Shown here piece by piece: positions 13,149 through 26,165 of a stretch of DNA of 64,000 nt. Origin of the DNA: Octopus bimaculoides (Eukaryota); assembly GCF_001194135.2 (NCBI RefSeq), contig NC_068985.1:17233461-17297460 (forward strand), read 5' to 3'. Within the stretch, counting starts at the first letter, position 1; every line of letters starts with the position of its first letter. Below the pieces are notes generated by a model that made no database searches, was not told the DNA's origin, and saw nothing but the letters and a program-made list of their open reading frames with translations. A program made the translations under genes and the position numbers.

Positions 13149-13430
13149 GTGGTGAGGAAAAGACAATATTAGTTGTTAATTAATATTATTTTGATAATTT
13201 TGGTAAGTATGGCAAAACAACTCTAAAGACATTTTCCTCTTATTAGACCTTCTCAGTAGAGCAGAGACCTCATCATACTTGCCAAAGTAGTGGTGAGGAA
13301 AAAAACCAATATTAGTTGCTCAAAAATAATATTTTGATATTTTCAGCAAGTATGGGAGATAACTTTAAAGTATTTCAGCCTTATTAGACCTCTTCTGTAA
13401 AATAGAGACTTCACCAAACTTGTCGAATTA
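13149..13430. repeat. Diverged tandem duplication, period ~141 bp
   Basis: gtggtgaggaaaa..caatattagttg..ttattagacct recurs at 13149 and 13290. Confidence 0.8.
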
Positions 13431-14115
13431 ATGATGAGAATATAATACATGAGCAAGAGTGAAAAATTGCCATATTTAAAAATGGGATCATTAAGTGCCC
13501 TTATCAATAATAAACAAATACTATTTTCTGTTTCTTTGTCAATATTTTTCTTAAACCTGTTTTATGTATAAAGACAAACAAGACAATTAAGTGATAATCA
13601 TAACATTAAACAAAGCATGGTTTTGCATTTTCTTCTCTTATCTATTGGTCATGTGATATGTTATTAAGTATTAGTAGCTACTGTTGCTCCGTAGCATCAC
13701 CTGTCGGTAATTTTTTCCTCTTTTAATCTCTCTTGGTTGCAGGTACCTATCCTTTCTTTTTTTCTCTTCCAGTAACAATCCCTCTCTCTCTCTCTCTCTC
13801 TCACTCTGTTTCATTGTTACCTTTCACTCTTTTAGTTACATTTTTCACTCCCTTCAGCTTCTTCTCAATCTCTCTTTCTCTCTTCGCTCTCTCTCCAATT
13901 CTTCTTTCTTAATGCCCTTCTTCTTTTCCAGTTTTTCAGAACCACACACACATACATACACCATCAATATATGATCTTATACAATGGAAATATCTTTACT
14001 ATATGAAATCATTGTTAATTTAATGAGTAGAAAGAAATTAGCAATATTTTTGTAACTCAACTAATTCTCTTTTATTGCAGGTAAATTTGAATATGTTAAA
14101 TACAAATTACATTAG

Positions 14116-14116
<1 letters not shown>

Positions 14117-14181
<65 letters not shown>

Positions 14182-14182
14182 A
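14117..14182. repeat. (TG)n-(TGCG)n compound microsatellite
   Basis: Read directly. Confidence 0.95.
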
Positions 14183-14716
14183 CGTGCATGTATGCTGTAA
14201 ATAGTTTTAATGTTATATTTCTGCTAATCATTTAAAATTTTATGATGTCTCTCATTTTGAGATGTATTCTTTAAAACTGGATTTAGAAAAAGGTGGGGGG
14301 AAACTTTTCTTGCTTGTTTCAAATGTTCAGTCTCATAATGTCAAAAATAGTATTGTTTAGATAAAAAATATTAATTACTTTTTAAGAAACAAGTTAAAAG
14401 TAAAAAAACATAACACTGTTTCCAAAGTTTATATGGAAGATTTTTCTTTTAATAAAAACTTTTTACATTACATAAACACACCATCACTATCACCACCACC
14501 ACCACCACCACCACAAAAGAATAGCCATTCTTAATCATGTTAATGTACCTAGTTTAATTATAAAGTATGCCTTACATTGTATATATAATCCATTTTGTAT
14601 AAGTAAACATCAACAATTTTGTGAAAGTCATTTTGAATTATTGTATATAGCAACAACTGGACTGTTGTAAATTGCCCTCAACCAGTTTTCTATCTATCTA
14701 TATATATATATATATA

Positions 14717-15504
14717 CCATATTTGCCAGTGTATAAGATGCACCCCTATTTTACAAGTATATTTTGTGGAGAAAAACAAATTTAGTATGTTTCAGCATAC
14801 ACTCATTCAATGATATTTCAAAGTGGTTTTGTAGAAGAAAATGCATGATTCTGTGCAGGTACATACAATGTAGTGACAGTATACTGGAATAAAGTATATA
14901 AACTATAAATTTATCATAAATAAACTACATTATACAAGTACCGTATTGAAATTTCAGATCTTCCTTTGATCAAGAGGATATTGCCATACAGAACGTAAAA
15001 CTCATATTTCTGGCTTAATGTTTTGTGTTACCACAATCAGCCACCAGGGTGGCACAGCCCCACTGTAGCTTAATTGTCATTCACTCATTGCAAATAGCTA
15101 ACAGGCAGATGAAACTTTAGCATATCTTTCATCTTTCTAGGAGAATTTTTCATTTAGATAATAAATTATTCTTAAAGATAGCACAGATATTAAATAAGAC
15201 ATAGATTAGGTATGAGTTATACATGCTGAAGAAGGAGGTACAGTGAGATCATGTCACTCATCCATGCAACTGCCAACAAATCATAAGCAATGTTTTGTAA
15301 CTATGTGCTAACAAATCATGATCATTTGGCTTGTTTTTAATGTTTTATTACTAGTAAAAACTGTTGTGATTGTGACTTGTGGCCTTATGCTCATCTGGCT
15401 CCCTAGCTTATGGCACTTGGACTCCCATCTGTAATGTGATCACATTTTTTTGATACATTTAACAACAAAAAAAAAAGGTGCATCATCTACACCAGTAAAT
15501 ACAG
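14717..15504. mobile_element. Tc1/mariner-superfamily (Tc2/pogo-like) non-autonomous DNA transposon
   Basis: 28-bp imperfect TIRs CCATATTTGCCAGTGTATAAGATGCACC / GGTGCATCATCTACACCAGTAAATACAG, flanked by TA. Confidence 0.65.
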
Positions 15505-16582
15505 TATATGATTCATTTGCAAATTTTCAAAATTATACTTTCATAAAAATGTGACAGTTTGAATGACCAAACACAGTTATAAATAATACTACATCTGTTT
15601 TTGTAACATCTTTTTCCAATATTGATGTTATTCTAACTTTATCTTCTTGTCTTCTGACATAAATATAGAACAACTATGGAGAGTAAATGGCATTTCTATA
15701 GTATCTTAAGATTAAAAGTTGGAAAGAAAATCATTTAGACAAACTTTACCAGTAGAGATAAAGTGAATTATACAAAGAGTTTTATAATAACTTATTATTA
15801 TTCATTATTAAGAGATTAAACTAATTATTGGAATTAGTAGGGTCTTATGTTTAAGATATGTTTAAGACATAAGTTCCAATATTTTAAAAGACTGGCACTA
15901 ATTTCAGTCGACTAAGAGAAAGATTAATTTTAATGAGTATCATTTAAAAATTTCCAAGCATTTGTGCTATCATTTGGACATTATTATAAAAAAAAAAACA
16001 TTTTTACAGAGATCAAGTAAAATAAATCCTAATAGTATGAAAACACACAAAATCTTCAAGATAGGAACCAACTTAAAATATCAAATTAATTGTTAACAAA
16101 AACTAAATCCAAAACAGTCAGTAAAAGGCAATGTTATTTCAAAATTTTACCTGAATACACCAAATTATATAAACTATGGAAAAAACAACAGACATCAAAT
16201 CATCCATAGTCAACAACATTTCATATGTACAAGCAAATAGACATAACTATCATCAAAACATCACAGATACATAAGAACATTGAAAATAAACAATTCATTC
16301 TTTATCAATATACAGAAATACTCATAGGTTTGAAAAGTAAAGGCCCATACATACATGCAAACACACACATATTCACAGGTGCAGGCGCACGCACACACAC
16401 ACACACACACAATAAAAAATTGCATGTTACTGCAGCACTATATTTTGGAATGTACATTGTTTTGAGTGATCACATTAAAAACCTTGTTGGGACCAATTTT
16501 TGAGAACTGTAAGAAAAGAAAATTTCAAAGATATACAATTTCACAAACCTATAAAAAAAATCTGTACAATGAAAAGAAAGTC

Positions 16583-16957
16583 TCAAGCTAACTGTACATC
16601 TCCACATAGACTGGAAGATGAGTCTTTCTTACAACTTTCACACAATTTGCTCTCTGATGGATGTTCATAAATATTTTCAATGTAGATTACTCTGTTGTAC
16701 GCTCTCCATCTATGACATAAATTTACATACATTTTGCATTGAACATACATAAAAACAAGACCTCCAGTGAAACCAATAGCTACAACAATAATTTTTGTCC
16801 AAAATGGCCACTCAAGTACTCCCCGTCTCATTTCTTCAGTGGTCCGATCAATCAGCACATAGAGAGACCATACTACACATGTTATTGCAACAATATGGAA
16901 TGTCACTGAACAGATTATCTTTCTTTTCTCAACTGAAGTCATCTGTAGTCTCTCCCA
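16583..16957 (-). CDS. MARCHF8: MARCH1/8-like E3 ligase, last coding exon (two TM helices plus cytoplasmic tail)
   Basis: [39 protein letters not shown]...[27 protein letters not shown]...AYNRVIYI matches MARCH1/8. Polypyrimidine acceptor tttttcag, in frame with the RING exon, TGA at 16583-16585. Confidence 0.95.
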   Translation of the reverse strand, partial: WERLQMTSVEKRKIICSVTFHIVAITCVVWSLYVLIDRTTEEMRRGVLEWPFWTKIIVVAIGFTGGLVFMYVQCKMYVNLCHRWRAYNRVIYIENIYEHPSESKLCESCKKDSSSSLCGDVQLA

Positions 16958-17781
16958 CTGAAAAAGAGAAAAAGAAATGAAAAATAGACAGAAGTAAAAA
17001 AAAAAATCAAAAAAAAATCTCAAAACTAATTTTAATATTTCAACTACAGCTGTTGTTTAATCCTGATCAATAAGATCTATAATCAAAGGCATTCCAGCTA
17101 TTATGATCTTGACTTTAACTCAAAGATAATAAGACTATATTATTCAATGTGTCTTTCATTTGGAAGATTTGACTTCTATTTCTAGCTTGTGGTGCAACTG
17201 TCAACATGAATGGAAAAGTAAACTCAGAATTAGTAAAGAAAATAGGATGAAAAAAATCGTGAAATAATGTTTCTAAATTACATCTGCGATATTCAAAGTA
17301 TAATTCTAAAGACTATACAATATTGATAATGCTAAATCTAAACAGTGGCTGTTATCAATCAGCATGAGTAATCATCAAATAGAAGCCATCTTGAAAGAAA
17401 TCCAAACAACTGTTGAGAGGGCCAGACATTGAATACAGCTGAAAAGGGGTGACAAAATTTGATAGGAGGAGTGATGTATAGATGTATGGCAAGTACCTGT
17501 TTGCCTGTGTGGCAAATCAGATGTGCATGACTTAAAAATTTGAATGTTACTGATGATCTTAGGATGAAGGATTTAAGATCAAATACTAGTCAGTTGATCC
17601 AGTAGGCAGGACCTCACATCGGTGATGTAAGGGGCTGGTGCACTGTAAAGTCATTGAGAAGACAGCCCTGAAACAATGCACGTTCTCTCCTGATGATACC
17701 TAAAACTTACTGGTGTTCAGTATGTGGTGATTTTGATTCACAGCAATTGCACAAGCAAGTGTTTGAAAGTCTCTAAATATA

Positions 17782-17950
17782 TACAAGGTGTATCAAAAAG
17801 TTGCCAAACTCATTCTGTAGCATGCCAACAGATGGCAGCACACAGCTCATGCACAGTGAAAGCCTAGCAGTGACCTTCATGAGACGGTATGTTGAGTGAC
17901 ATCACTGTGTTTACTTCACAAGTTGTGAAATTTGTGATTACATGTGTATT
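17782..17950 (+). mobile_element. Mariner-like 5' end fragment
   Basis: TA-CAAGGTGTATCAAAAAGTT...CAGATGGCAGC resembles mariner TIR/subterminal sequence. Confidence 0.35.
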
Positions 17951-17954
17951 GTAG

Positions 17955-18138
17955 TGTATTGTAGTAATCTGTAGATAAAATTAGGGTACTTGGGTATGCC
18001 TCTAGGCTTCATCAGAGAGTTTTATAAGATAGTCCAAATTAACCCTATGAACTTCTTGGACTATCTTATAAAACTCTCTGATGAAGCCTAGAGGCATACC
18101 CAAGTACCCTAATTTTATCAACAGATTACTACAATACA
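17955..18138. repeat. 83-bp near-perfect inverted repeat with an 18-nt loop
   Basis: 17955-18037 versus 18056-18138, one mismatch. Confidence 0.95.
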
Positions 18139-18247
18139 ATGAAAAGATGGAAATAACATATGGGGTATTGTGACCTCTTGGATGAAACAGCTGTAAGAAA
18201 CACACATACAATCATATACACATATATATGTATATATATACATGTAC

Positions 18248-18880
18248 ATACTGGCACTCCTTCAGTTACAACAAGCATACCAGCTGATCTGATAAACGTA
18301 ACAGCTCGCTCATGAAATTAACATAAGATTAATGCGCAAGTAGCTGAGCACTCCACAAATGCTGAGACCCCCTTCAGTCATGACTGACCATGGGATTGCA
18401 CCTAGAAAGTTACCCTCTCAGGCACAAGCCCGGGCAAGGGTGTTTATAGAAGACCAGCAGTCGCCCGTGCATACTGGCCTCCCCTCTCCATGCCACCAGT
18501 GTTATCCAAGGGAAAGGCAAAGGCCGATACAGCTTGGCACCTGTGACGTCACAATTAATTTCTACAGCTGAGTGAACTGGAGCGACGTGAAATAAAGTGT
18601 CTTGCTGAAGTACACAACATGCAGTCTGGTCCAGGATTTGAACTCACAACCTAATGATCGTAAGCTCGACGCTCTAACCACTGAGCCATGCGCCTTCACC
18701 TCCACAGATACATGTACCCTTAACAGAGTTCTCAGGGTGATTCAGCATGACAAACAATGTGTCAAGGCTAGCCCTTTGAAATACCAATACAACTGATTTT
18801 TGCCAGTTGAATGGACTGGAGCAATGTGAAATAAAGTATCTTGCTCAAGGACACAATGTGCCACCGGGAATTGAACTCAC
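18248..18880 (-). mobile_element. Nested tRNA-headed SINEs (family S5, 3' tail shared with S1)
   Basis: Minus-strand head GTGAAGGCGCATGGCTCAGTGGTTAGAGCG..GAGTTCAAATCC, tail GTGACAAGGCT..CCCTTTGAA shared with S1. Confidence 0.7.
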
Positions 18881-19974
18881 ACACATACATGTGGATCATC
18901 ACACACATACATGTGGATCATCACTGTTGACAAGAGTTGGGTCTACGGATACAAGCATGTGATGAAGCAGCTGTTGTCACAATGGAAAGCTCTTCATCTG
19001 CAACACATACACACACACACACACACGCATGTGTGCATGTGTGTGAGTTTGTGTGTGTACAGAAGGGAGGTCACTGACTCAGAGACAAAGGAATCTGTTG
19101 GATGAGATGATTAGCTTTTAGACACAATCAACAAGTTAATTAAGATAGATTAAAATGATGTGTTGCTTTCTGATAAAGATGGATATCATAGTCCTGGCTT
19201 CTGCCAAAAAAAAAAAAAATTAAGCAAAAACCATTTGAGATTTGAGGACATATAGATGAGGTAATATCACATTCAATCAAATAAAAATTAGCTATTTGAG
19301 TAAGGGTGTAGAAGTACTGGGACATGTTTCCTCAAAGAATCTCATAGCATTCCTACATCTTTCTCCAATAATAAATTTATTTATTTATTGATTTACTTTT
19401 ATTGAATGTGATTTTACCTCATCTATATTTCATGGACTTTAAAATGGTATTTGTCTAATTCCTCATCTAAGAAGTCAGGATTATAATGATTATCTTTTTT
19501 AATCACACTTATAATGTTTCATTTTAATCAATTTTAATTAACTTTTTGATTACATTTATATATTGGCCAATAGTTGATTGTCTCATCCAAAAGATTCTTT
19601 TATTTTTGAAACACTTGATAAGAAACACGTGGTTTGCATTCAAAATACAAACCAACAAGAAATATATCAAAATAATAAAACAAAAATACATCATAAACCT
19701 AATCATCCTACCACACAAACCAATAAGAAAGCCTCTGTGATCACCCCACTTGCAAGAAAAAGGAAGTAATTCTCCCTCAAATCTGGTTTCTTAAAAAAAA
19801 GAGTAAGTTGCAGTCTTAGGTATACTATGCCTGAATAAAAGATTGGATTGTCCGTGACTGTTATGGGTAGATCAAAGGTCTGTTTAATCAAGTCTGACTT
19901 GGTATTGAACAGCATTTGTTTCACTGGACAATGTATATCACTGCAATACCTTAATATAACTCTTAAAACCTAGA

Positions 19975-20292
19975 TTGTGCCGGTGGCACGTGTAAAGACA
20001 TTTGAGCGAGATCGTTGCCAGTGCTGCTGGACTGGCTCCTGTGCAGGTGGCATGTAAAATACACCATTTTGAGTGTGGTCGTCGCCAGTACCTCCTGACT
20101 GGCTCTCGTGCCGGTGGCACGTAAAAGCACCCACTACACTCTCGGAGTGGTTGGCATTAGGAAGGGCATCCAGCTGTAGAAACTCTGCCAAATCAGATTG
20201 GAGCCTAGTGTAGCCATCTGGTTTCACCAGTCCTCAGTCAAATCGTCCAACCCATGCTAGCATGGAAAGCGGACGTTAAATGATGATGATGA
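19975..20292 (+). mobile_element. S2 copy with three upstream GGTGGCAYGT modules
   Basis: Homology to other S2 copies. Confidence 0.8.
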
Positions 20293-20904
20293 GATTGAAG
20301 AAGAGTTCAATGGGCACAACAGATCCTGGTACCAAAACAATACAGATAACACTAGCATCACTACTGCCTCCATCAGCATCTAAAACAAGCCACACTAATT
20401 CATGTAACTAACCAAGTTAACGACTATAATTCTCCTCAGGATATCACTCTCTGTTCTGTTCACACACACACACCACAGAGATACCTAGCACAACCACTAA
20501 ACAACGCAATCCCTCAACTTTTCTCAAACCATCTGCTCTTCATTACAACATGGACGTTGTTGAGCAAAGCAAAAGCAGTTTCAGAAACTTCAAAGTGTCC
20601 TGGTGGAACTTGTGCAACTCAGCAGCACAACAATCCATAAAGCATGACTTACAAGAGAACATAAAAATAATTCAACCTAAAATATGAAATGAAATAATCA
20701 ACCTGATAAAAATTAGGTGCAGGTGTAACTGCATGGCACCTTTACCAAGTATCTTCAACTATAGGCTCAAGACAATCAAAGCCTGAGTGGATTTAGTAGA
20801 CGAAAATTGAAAGAAGCCCATTGTATGTATGTGTGTGTTTGTTTGTTCATGTGTGTGTGTGTTTGTTTCCTTGTCTTGACATAGCATTATAGTTGTAAAA
20901 TAGT

Positions 20905-21118
20905 CTTTTCTACTCTAGGCACAAGGCCTGAAATTTATGGGGAGGGGGCCAGTCAATTAGATCGACCCCAGTATGTAACTGGTACTTAATTTATCAACCC
21001 CGAAAGGATGAAAGACAAAGTCAACCTTGGTGGGATTTGAACTCAGAACATAAAGACAGATGAAATACTGCTAAGCATTTTGCCCAGCGTGCTAACATTT
21101 CTGCCAGCTCGCCACCTT
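20905..21118 (-). mobile_element. SINE S4
   Basis: Reverse-complement homology. Confidence 0.85.
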
Positions 21119-21140
21119 TGATAGTTGTAAAATAGTGTCA

Positions 21141-21283
21141 AAGGGCATCCAGCTGTAGAAACTCTGCCAAATTAGATTGGAGCCTGATGTTGCCATCCGG
21201 TTTCACCAGTCCTCAGTCAAATCGTCCAACCCATGCTAGCATGGAAGGCGGACGTTAAACGATGATGATGATGATGATGATCA
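21141..21283 (+). mobile_element. S2 copy, 5' truncated
   Basis: Homology and (GAT)n tail. Confidence 0.8.
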
Positions 21284-21919
21284 TACAAGCAGAGTTCTTC
21301 ATTTCCAATATTCTGCAAAAAACATGTCAGGTCATGGAAACTAGTGGGGATTGGTAACAGGGTGTGATTCTGACTCAAGAAAATCTGCCTCAGGAAACTC
21401 CATCAAGCCCATGCAAGCATAGAAAAGTGGACATTGAAACAACTATGATGACAACAATGACAATAACAGTGGTTGGTTCATCAAACCACTAAACAAGGTA
21501 ATATGGAAGAATATGAATCAAAGAAAAACACAAAACTGGTAGACATTGGTATTCAATAGAGTCCACAAAACTGGACAAATTAACAGCATCAACAACCATA
21601 ATAAACAACATCACATCAACAAATTGTCACAGTCCAACAGCAAACAAAGGCATTTAACAAACATTGTTTTCAAATCCTCACTCCAAAATCCACACTATGA
21701 AAGCTGGAACACAAATAATATATAATTTAATTTAAATTTGGACCTGAACTTTGAACTATTCCTTACATTAGAAACCAGAAAAGCAACAGAGAAATCCAAC
21801 AAGCTGTAAACTAATAAAATTTTGAGCACACACTTAAGAAACTTCTAGCCTGAAGGAATCACTGCACTCACTAACATCTTCAACTATTCGTATATATACA
21901 CACACACACACGCATTATC

Positions 21920-21960
<41 letters not shown>

Positions 21961-22173
21961 NNNNNNNNNNNNNNNNNNNNNNNNNNNNNNNNNNNNNNNN
22001 NNNNNNNNNNNNNNNNNNNNNNNNNNNNNNNNNNNNNNNNNNNNNNNNNNNNNNNNNNNNNNNNNNNNNNNNNNNNNNNNNNNNNNNNNNNNNNNNNNNN
22101 NNNNNNNNNNNNNNNNNNNNNNNNNNNNNNNNNNNNNNNNNNNNNNNNNNNNNNNNNNNNNNNNNNNNNNNNN

Positions 22174-22209
<36 letters not shown>

Positions 22210-22865
22210 AATTTACAGAAAAACAAAAGATCAAGACAGGTGTATTAGCTTGATGCTTAGGAAAGTGAGAAAGTCTTTTACATTTTGAGCGTACACTCTT
22301 CAACAGAAAGGAATAAGAGAAAATAAACAGAGAGAGAATAAAAAAAAACGTGTGGATTTAGTGGTCAAGTATGGCAACTGGTTCCTGGAAAAAAAAGGTT
22401 TAACAGGAGAGGGTAAAACTGGGTAAAACCATTCGCAATTTAAAAACCCAACAAAAAAACCTTTGAAGTAGTAACACAAAGACATGCCACCTTTATGAAA
22501 TGTATACACAGATGACATCAATAAGTCTCCCAGTCACTCAGCAGAAACTGTTACACAACTATTCCAATGACACATTAATCAAATCAACTTGGTTCCAAAA
22601 CAAAAGACTTAGATAAAGTAGAATCTGCCATGTTCATTCAGTATGAAATACTGACAAGATCAAAGAATATCAAATACAATAATCACACCTAAAATGTAAA
22701 CAAGAAACACAAAAAACAAAAATACTAGGAATACTGTTCTCAAACACAATTAGAGCATTTATGGACATCATGTTTGGCCATAAGTGTTCATACCACAATA
22801 AAATGACGGTTACAATGATGAATTGACAATGAACAAGAAGATTGCTGTACAAACAATATATGCTT

Positions 22866-23075
22866 TTCTACTCTAGGCACAAGGCCCGAAATTTTTGGGG
22901 AGGGGGCCAGTCAATTAGAACAACCCCAGTACGCAACTGGTATTTAATTTATCAACCCCAAAAGGATGAAAGGCAAAGTTGACCATAGCGGAATTTGAAC
23001 TCAGAATGTAAAAACAGACAAAATACAGCTAAGCATTTTGCTCGGCGTGCTAACGTTTCTACCAGTTCACCGCCT
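22866..23075 (-). mobile_element. SINE S4
   Basis: Reverse-complement homology. Confidence 0.85.
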
Positions 23076-23978
23076 TGTACAAACAATGTATTAAATTCAT
23101 CATGACTTATGGTAGTTCTACCTGAGTCCTCACTCTCTCCACAATAAACTACAAACATATAAAACTGTGCAGGTGACAACAGACGATATCCACAGACCAA
23201 AGTATAAAATGCTACGAACATGAAAGGGACACAATCCTTACAAGCTCCAACCCCAATAGCCCCTACCATTACAGGCTCAATCATCTTCAGAGCCATCTTA
23301 ACATCCCATAATACTACACAATCTTTCTTAGGAGCAATATCTCTCCAAGTGAGTGCAGGTAAACTTTAAAAAAACACATAAGCCATCCAAAAATAACAGC
23401 AGAACAGTAACCTCATTAACTGCAAGCATGAATAAGCACAGAGGTAAAGCGTCACACTCTGACTGAGATGGTCTTACCCATCTCCATTGAGGTCAGTCTT
23501 TTTTTGTACATGTGTACAGAAATAGACTACATAATGGAGGGAATGAAACACACTCAACACGCACTACCATATTACACTCTATACAATTACCAACTGGATG
23601 GTTTAGCAAACAAATTTATGAGTCATAAGTCTTCTCAACCAATATTGACCTTCGGCTGAATATTAAAACTGTGAACATGTTTTACGTATGATAAATGAAA
23701 GAATAAAAGAAAAAGCAGTTAAGAACCAACAATGGAGATAACAATGACTGTACTCTGACACCAGAGCTCAAAAGTATTTTTTCTTAAATTACATATAATT
23801 GGTATTACAGATAATATAGTTTGGGAAGGAACAGAAGAATGTAAAATGATATGAAAATGTTGAGCCAAAGTGACAGGCTACTGTAGGAGTGAAAACTATT
23901 GTCCACACTGAAACAGAGTCCATTGTGTGCTAAAATAACGAATTGCTAAAATCAGTTACATGATGGACAACACACCAT

Positions 23979-24270
23979 CTTCATCATCATTGTTTAATGT
24001 CTGCCTTCCATGCTGGCATGGGTTGGACAGTTTGACTGAAGGCTGGCAAACCATAAGGCTGTACCAGGCACCAATCCGATCTGGCGAGGTTTCTACAGCT
24101 GGATGTCCTTCCTAATGCCAACCACTCTGAGAGTGTAGTGGGTGCTTTTTACGTGCCACCGGCATGAGGGTCAGTCAGGCGGTACTGGCAACAACCAGGC
24201 TTGAATGGTGCATTTTATGTGCCACCAGAATGGGAGTCAGCCAGGTAGCACTTGAATGGTGCTTTTTACA
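23979..24270 (-). mobile_element. S2 copy, more diverged
   Basis: Reverse-complement homology. Confidence 0.75.
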
Positions 24271-24716
24271 TCTTATGCAGTTTCTACCAACACCTTTTTG
24301 ACAGATCGAGCAGGGCCATCTACCTGAAGGGATTTGTGATTTGTCTGCCTTCCTACTTACTAAGACTTTGGTTTTTGCTAGACTGTATTTAGATCATGTA
24401 TTTATTTATGTCTTTCTATATTCGGAGTTTGAATCCTACCAAGGTAGACTCAGCCCTTCATCCTTTCAAGATCAATAAAATAAGTACCAACCATGTACAG
24501 GGATCCATTTAATCAATTCACCCAAAAGTGTATCTTTAAGCCTATGCTCAAATTAAATTTGTATCTCAGGAGGGTAACTGTGCCAATAATAAACACATGC
24601 ATTAGTTCTATTTCACTTCTTTATTTGTCAATTGTCAATTAATTAACCATTAGACCAATTAACAATTGATCAATCGTTTGATTAATCATTTAGTCAATCA
24701 TTCAATCAGCTAGGTT

Positions 24717-24760
24717 TGTTTTAAATCTTTTCATCACCATTCATGACCTCATCAATGACA
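24717..24760 (-). ncRNA. Decayed hammerhead motif (family H2) in a diverged repeat at ~24555-24790
   Basis: UGUCA-UUGAUGA-G-GUCA(ugaaugg)UGAU-GAAA-AGAUUU. Homologous to 60813-60855. Confidence 0.45.
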
Positions 24761-25001
24761 ATCCCTCCCTAATCAAAGCCTGCTTCAAGTTTAGTTTATA
24801 TTATATAGATATCAAATTAAGAATTAATTTAAGAAGTTTAATGGAATTTAGATATAGTAGTCTATAAAAGAACTTGAAAGTAAGTTTCAAAACTATGTTA
24901 CACTTTGTAGTAGAAAAAATATAATGTTATTTTGTAGCAATAGAGGTTTATATTATATATTACAATGAAAAATGCAGGCGCGTGCATGTTAATATTCTTA
25001 C

Positions 25002-25054
25002 CTGGAAAGTACAGAACAAGATTTCTACAGTAGAATTTGCCTAATTCGTCACCT
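25002..25054 (-). other. Candidate 53-nt cassette (poison) exon in the MARCH intron
   Basis: Acceptor gtttgctttag and donor CAG|gtaaga. In frame with the upstream exon it reads AGG TGA. No transcript evidence. Confidence 0.25.
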
Positions 25055-26165
25055 CTAAAGCAAACTAAAAAGTACTTAAAATTAAAATTCTACTTTACTT
25101 AAAATATTGCAGCCGAGAATAACATTTTTAAAATTTACTACATTTTATTGAAACAAAAATTATAAAAACATTACTGGATTTTTCCCCAAAAAAAGTCCAT
25201 CCAATTTTAAAGCCTAAGAGGGCTTATATTCAGAAACTCTTTCATGTATAGCCCAAGTAATTTTTATTATTTTNNNNNNNNNNNNNNNNNNNNNNNNNNN
25301 NNNNNNNNNNNNNNNNNNNNNNNNNNNNNNNNNNNNNNNNNNNNNNNNNNNNNNNNNNNNNNNNNNNNNNNNNNNNNNNNNNNNNNNNNNNNNNNNNNNN
25401 NNNNNNNNNNNNNNNNNNNNNNNNNNNNNNNNNNNNNNNNNNNNNNNNNNNNNNNNNNNNNNNNNNNNNNNNNNNNNNNNNNNNNNNNNNNNNNNNNNNN
25501 NNNNNNNNNNNNNNNNNNNNNNNNNNNNAATTAGGCTAATTCTACTGTATTAATGCTAACTAATAAATTTTACTTATGATTTCTTTATCAGATTAATTTT
25601 TTTTTTAATTTGGAAGAATTGACTGAACATATGGTTGATTTGAAACCATTTAATGACCATTCTACTGCAATCAATGTTTTTTTGTTGTTTTTTTTTGTGA
25701 TGGGATTTCAATTCAAGTGAAAAAAAACAATCTTATGCAATATTATTTACGACTTCATATTTTATTGTTTGTACTTGATACAACTGAATAAAAAGACTGT
25801 TTTAATTGTATAAAAGACATGAGTTTAAAAAATGCTTTTGTTTATTTTTGTACCATGTTTTTAAAGATTTACTTGTTTTTTAGATTCTCATAAGAGTAAA
25901 AATAAATTATCCCACATTTATCTCCTGTTTTTGACATATTTTACAGACACTTTTATTCTACTGAAGCAATTTTCAAATTTTGTAGCTGGAAATATAGCTT
26001 AGGATGTGAGCAATCTAAAAATGTAAACATCATCTAATTTGGTTAAAAACCGAGTTAAAGACAAAGCCTAGAAGTGGTCACGAGTGGGTAACAGTTGACC
26101 TTACGAATATTATTCACACACGGTAGTGTGTGAATGATATATATAGTTTTTTAATATTTTATCCT

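Noticed and set aside
17546-17595. CTGATGA-TCTTA..TAAGA-TCAAATACTAGTC hammerhead-like segment
   Set aside because: GAAA is absent and there is no stem I.
23110-23660. Possible degenerate Penelope RT fragment
   Set aside because: Only vague resemblance with many stops. A profile search would be needed.
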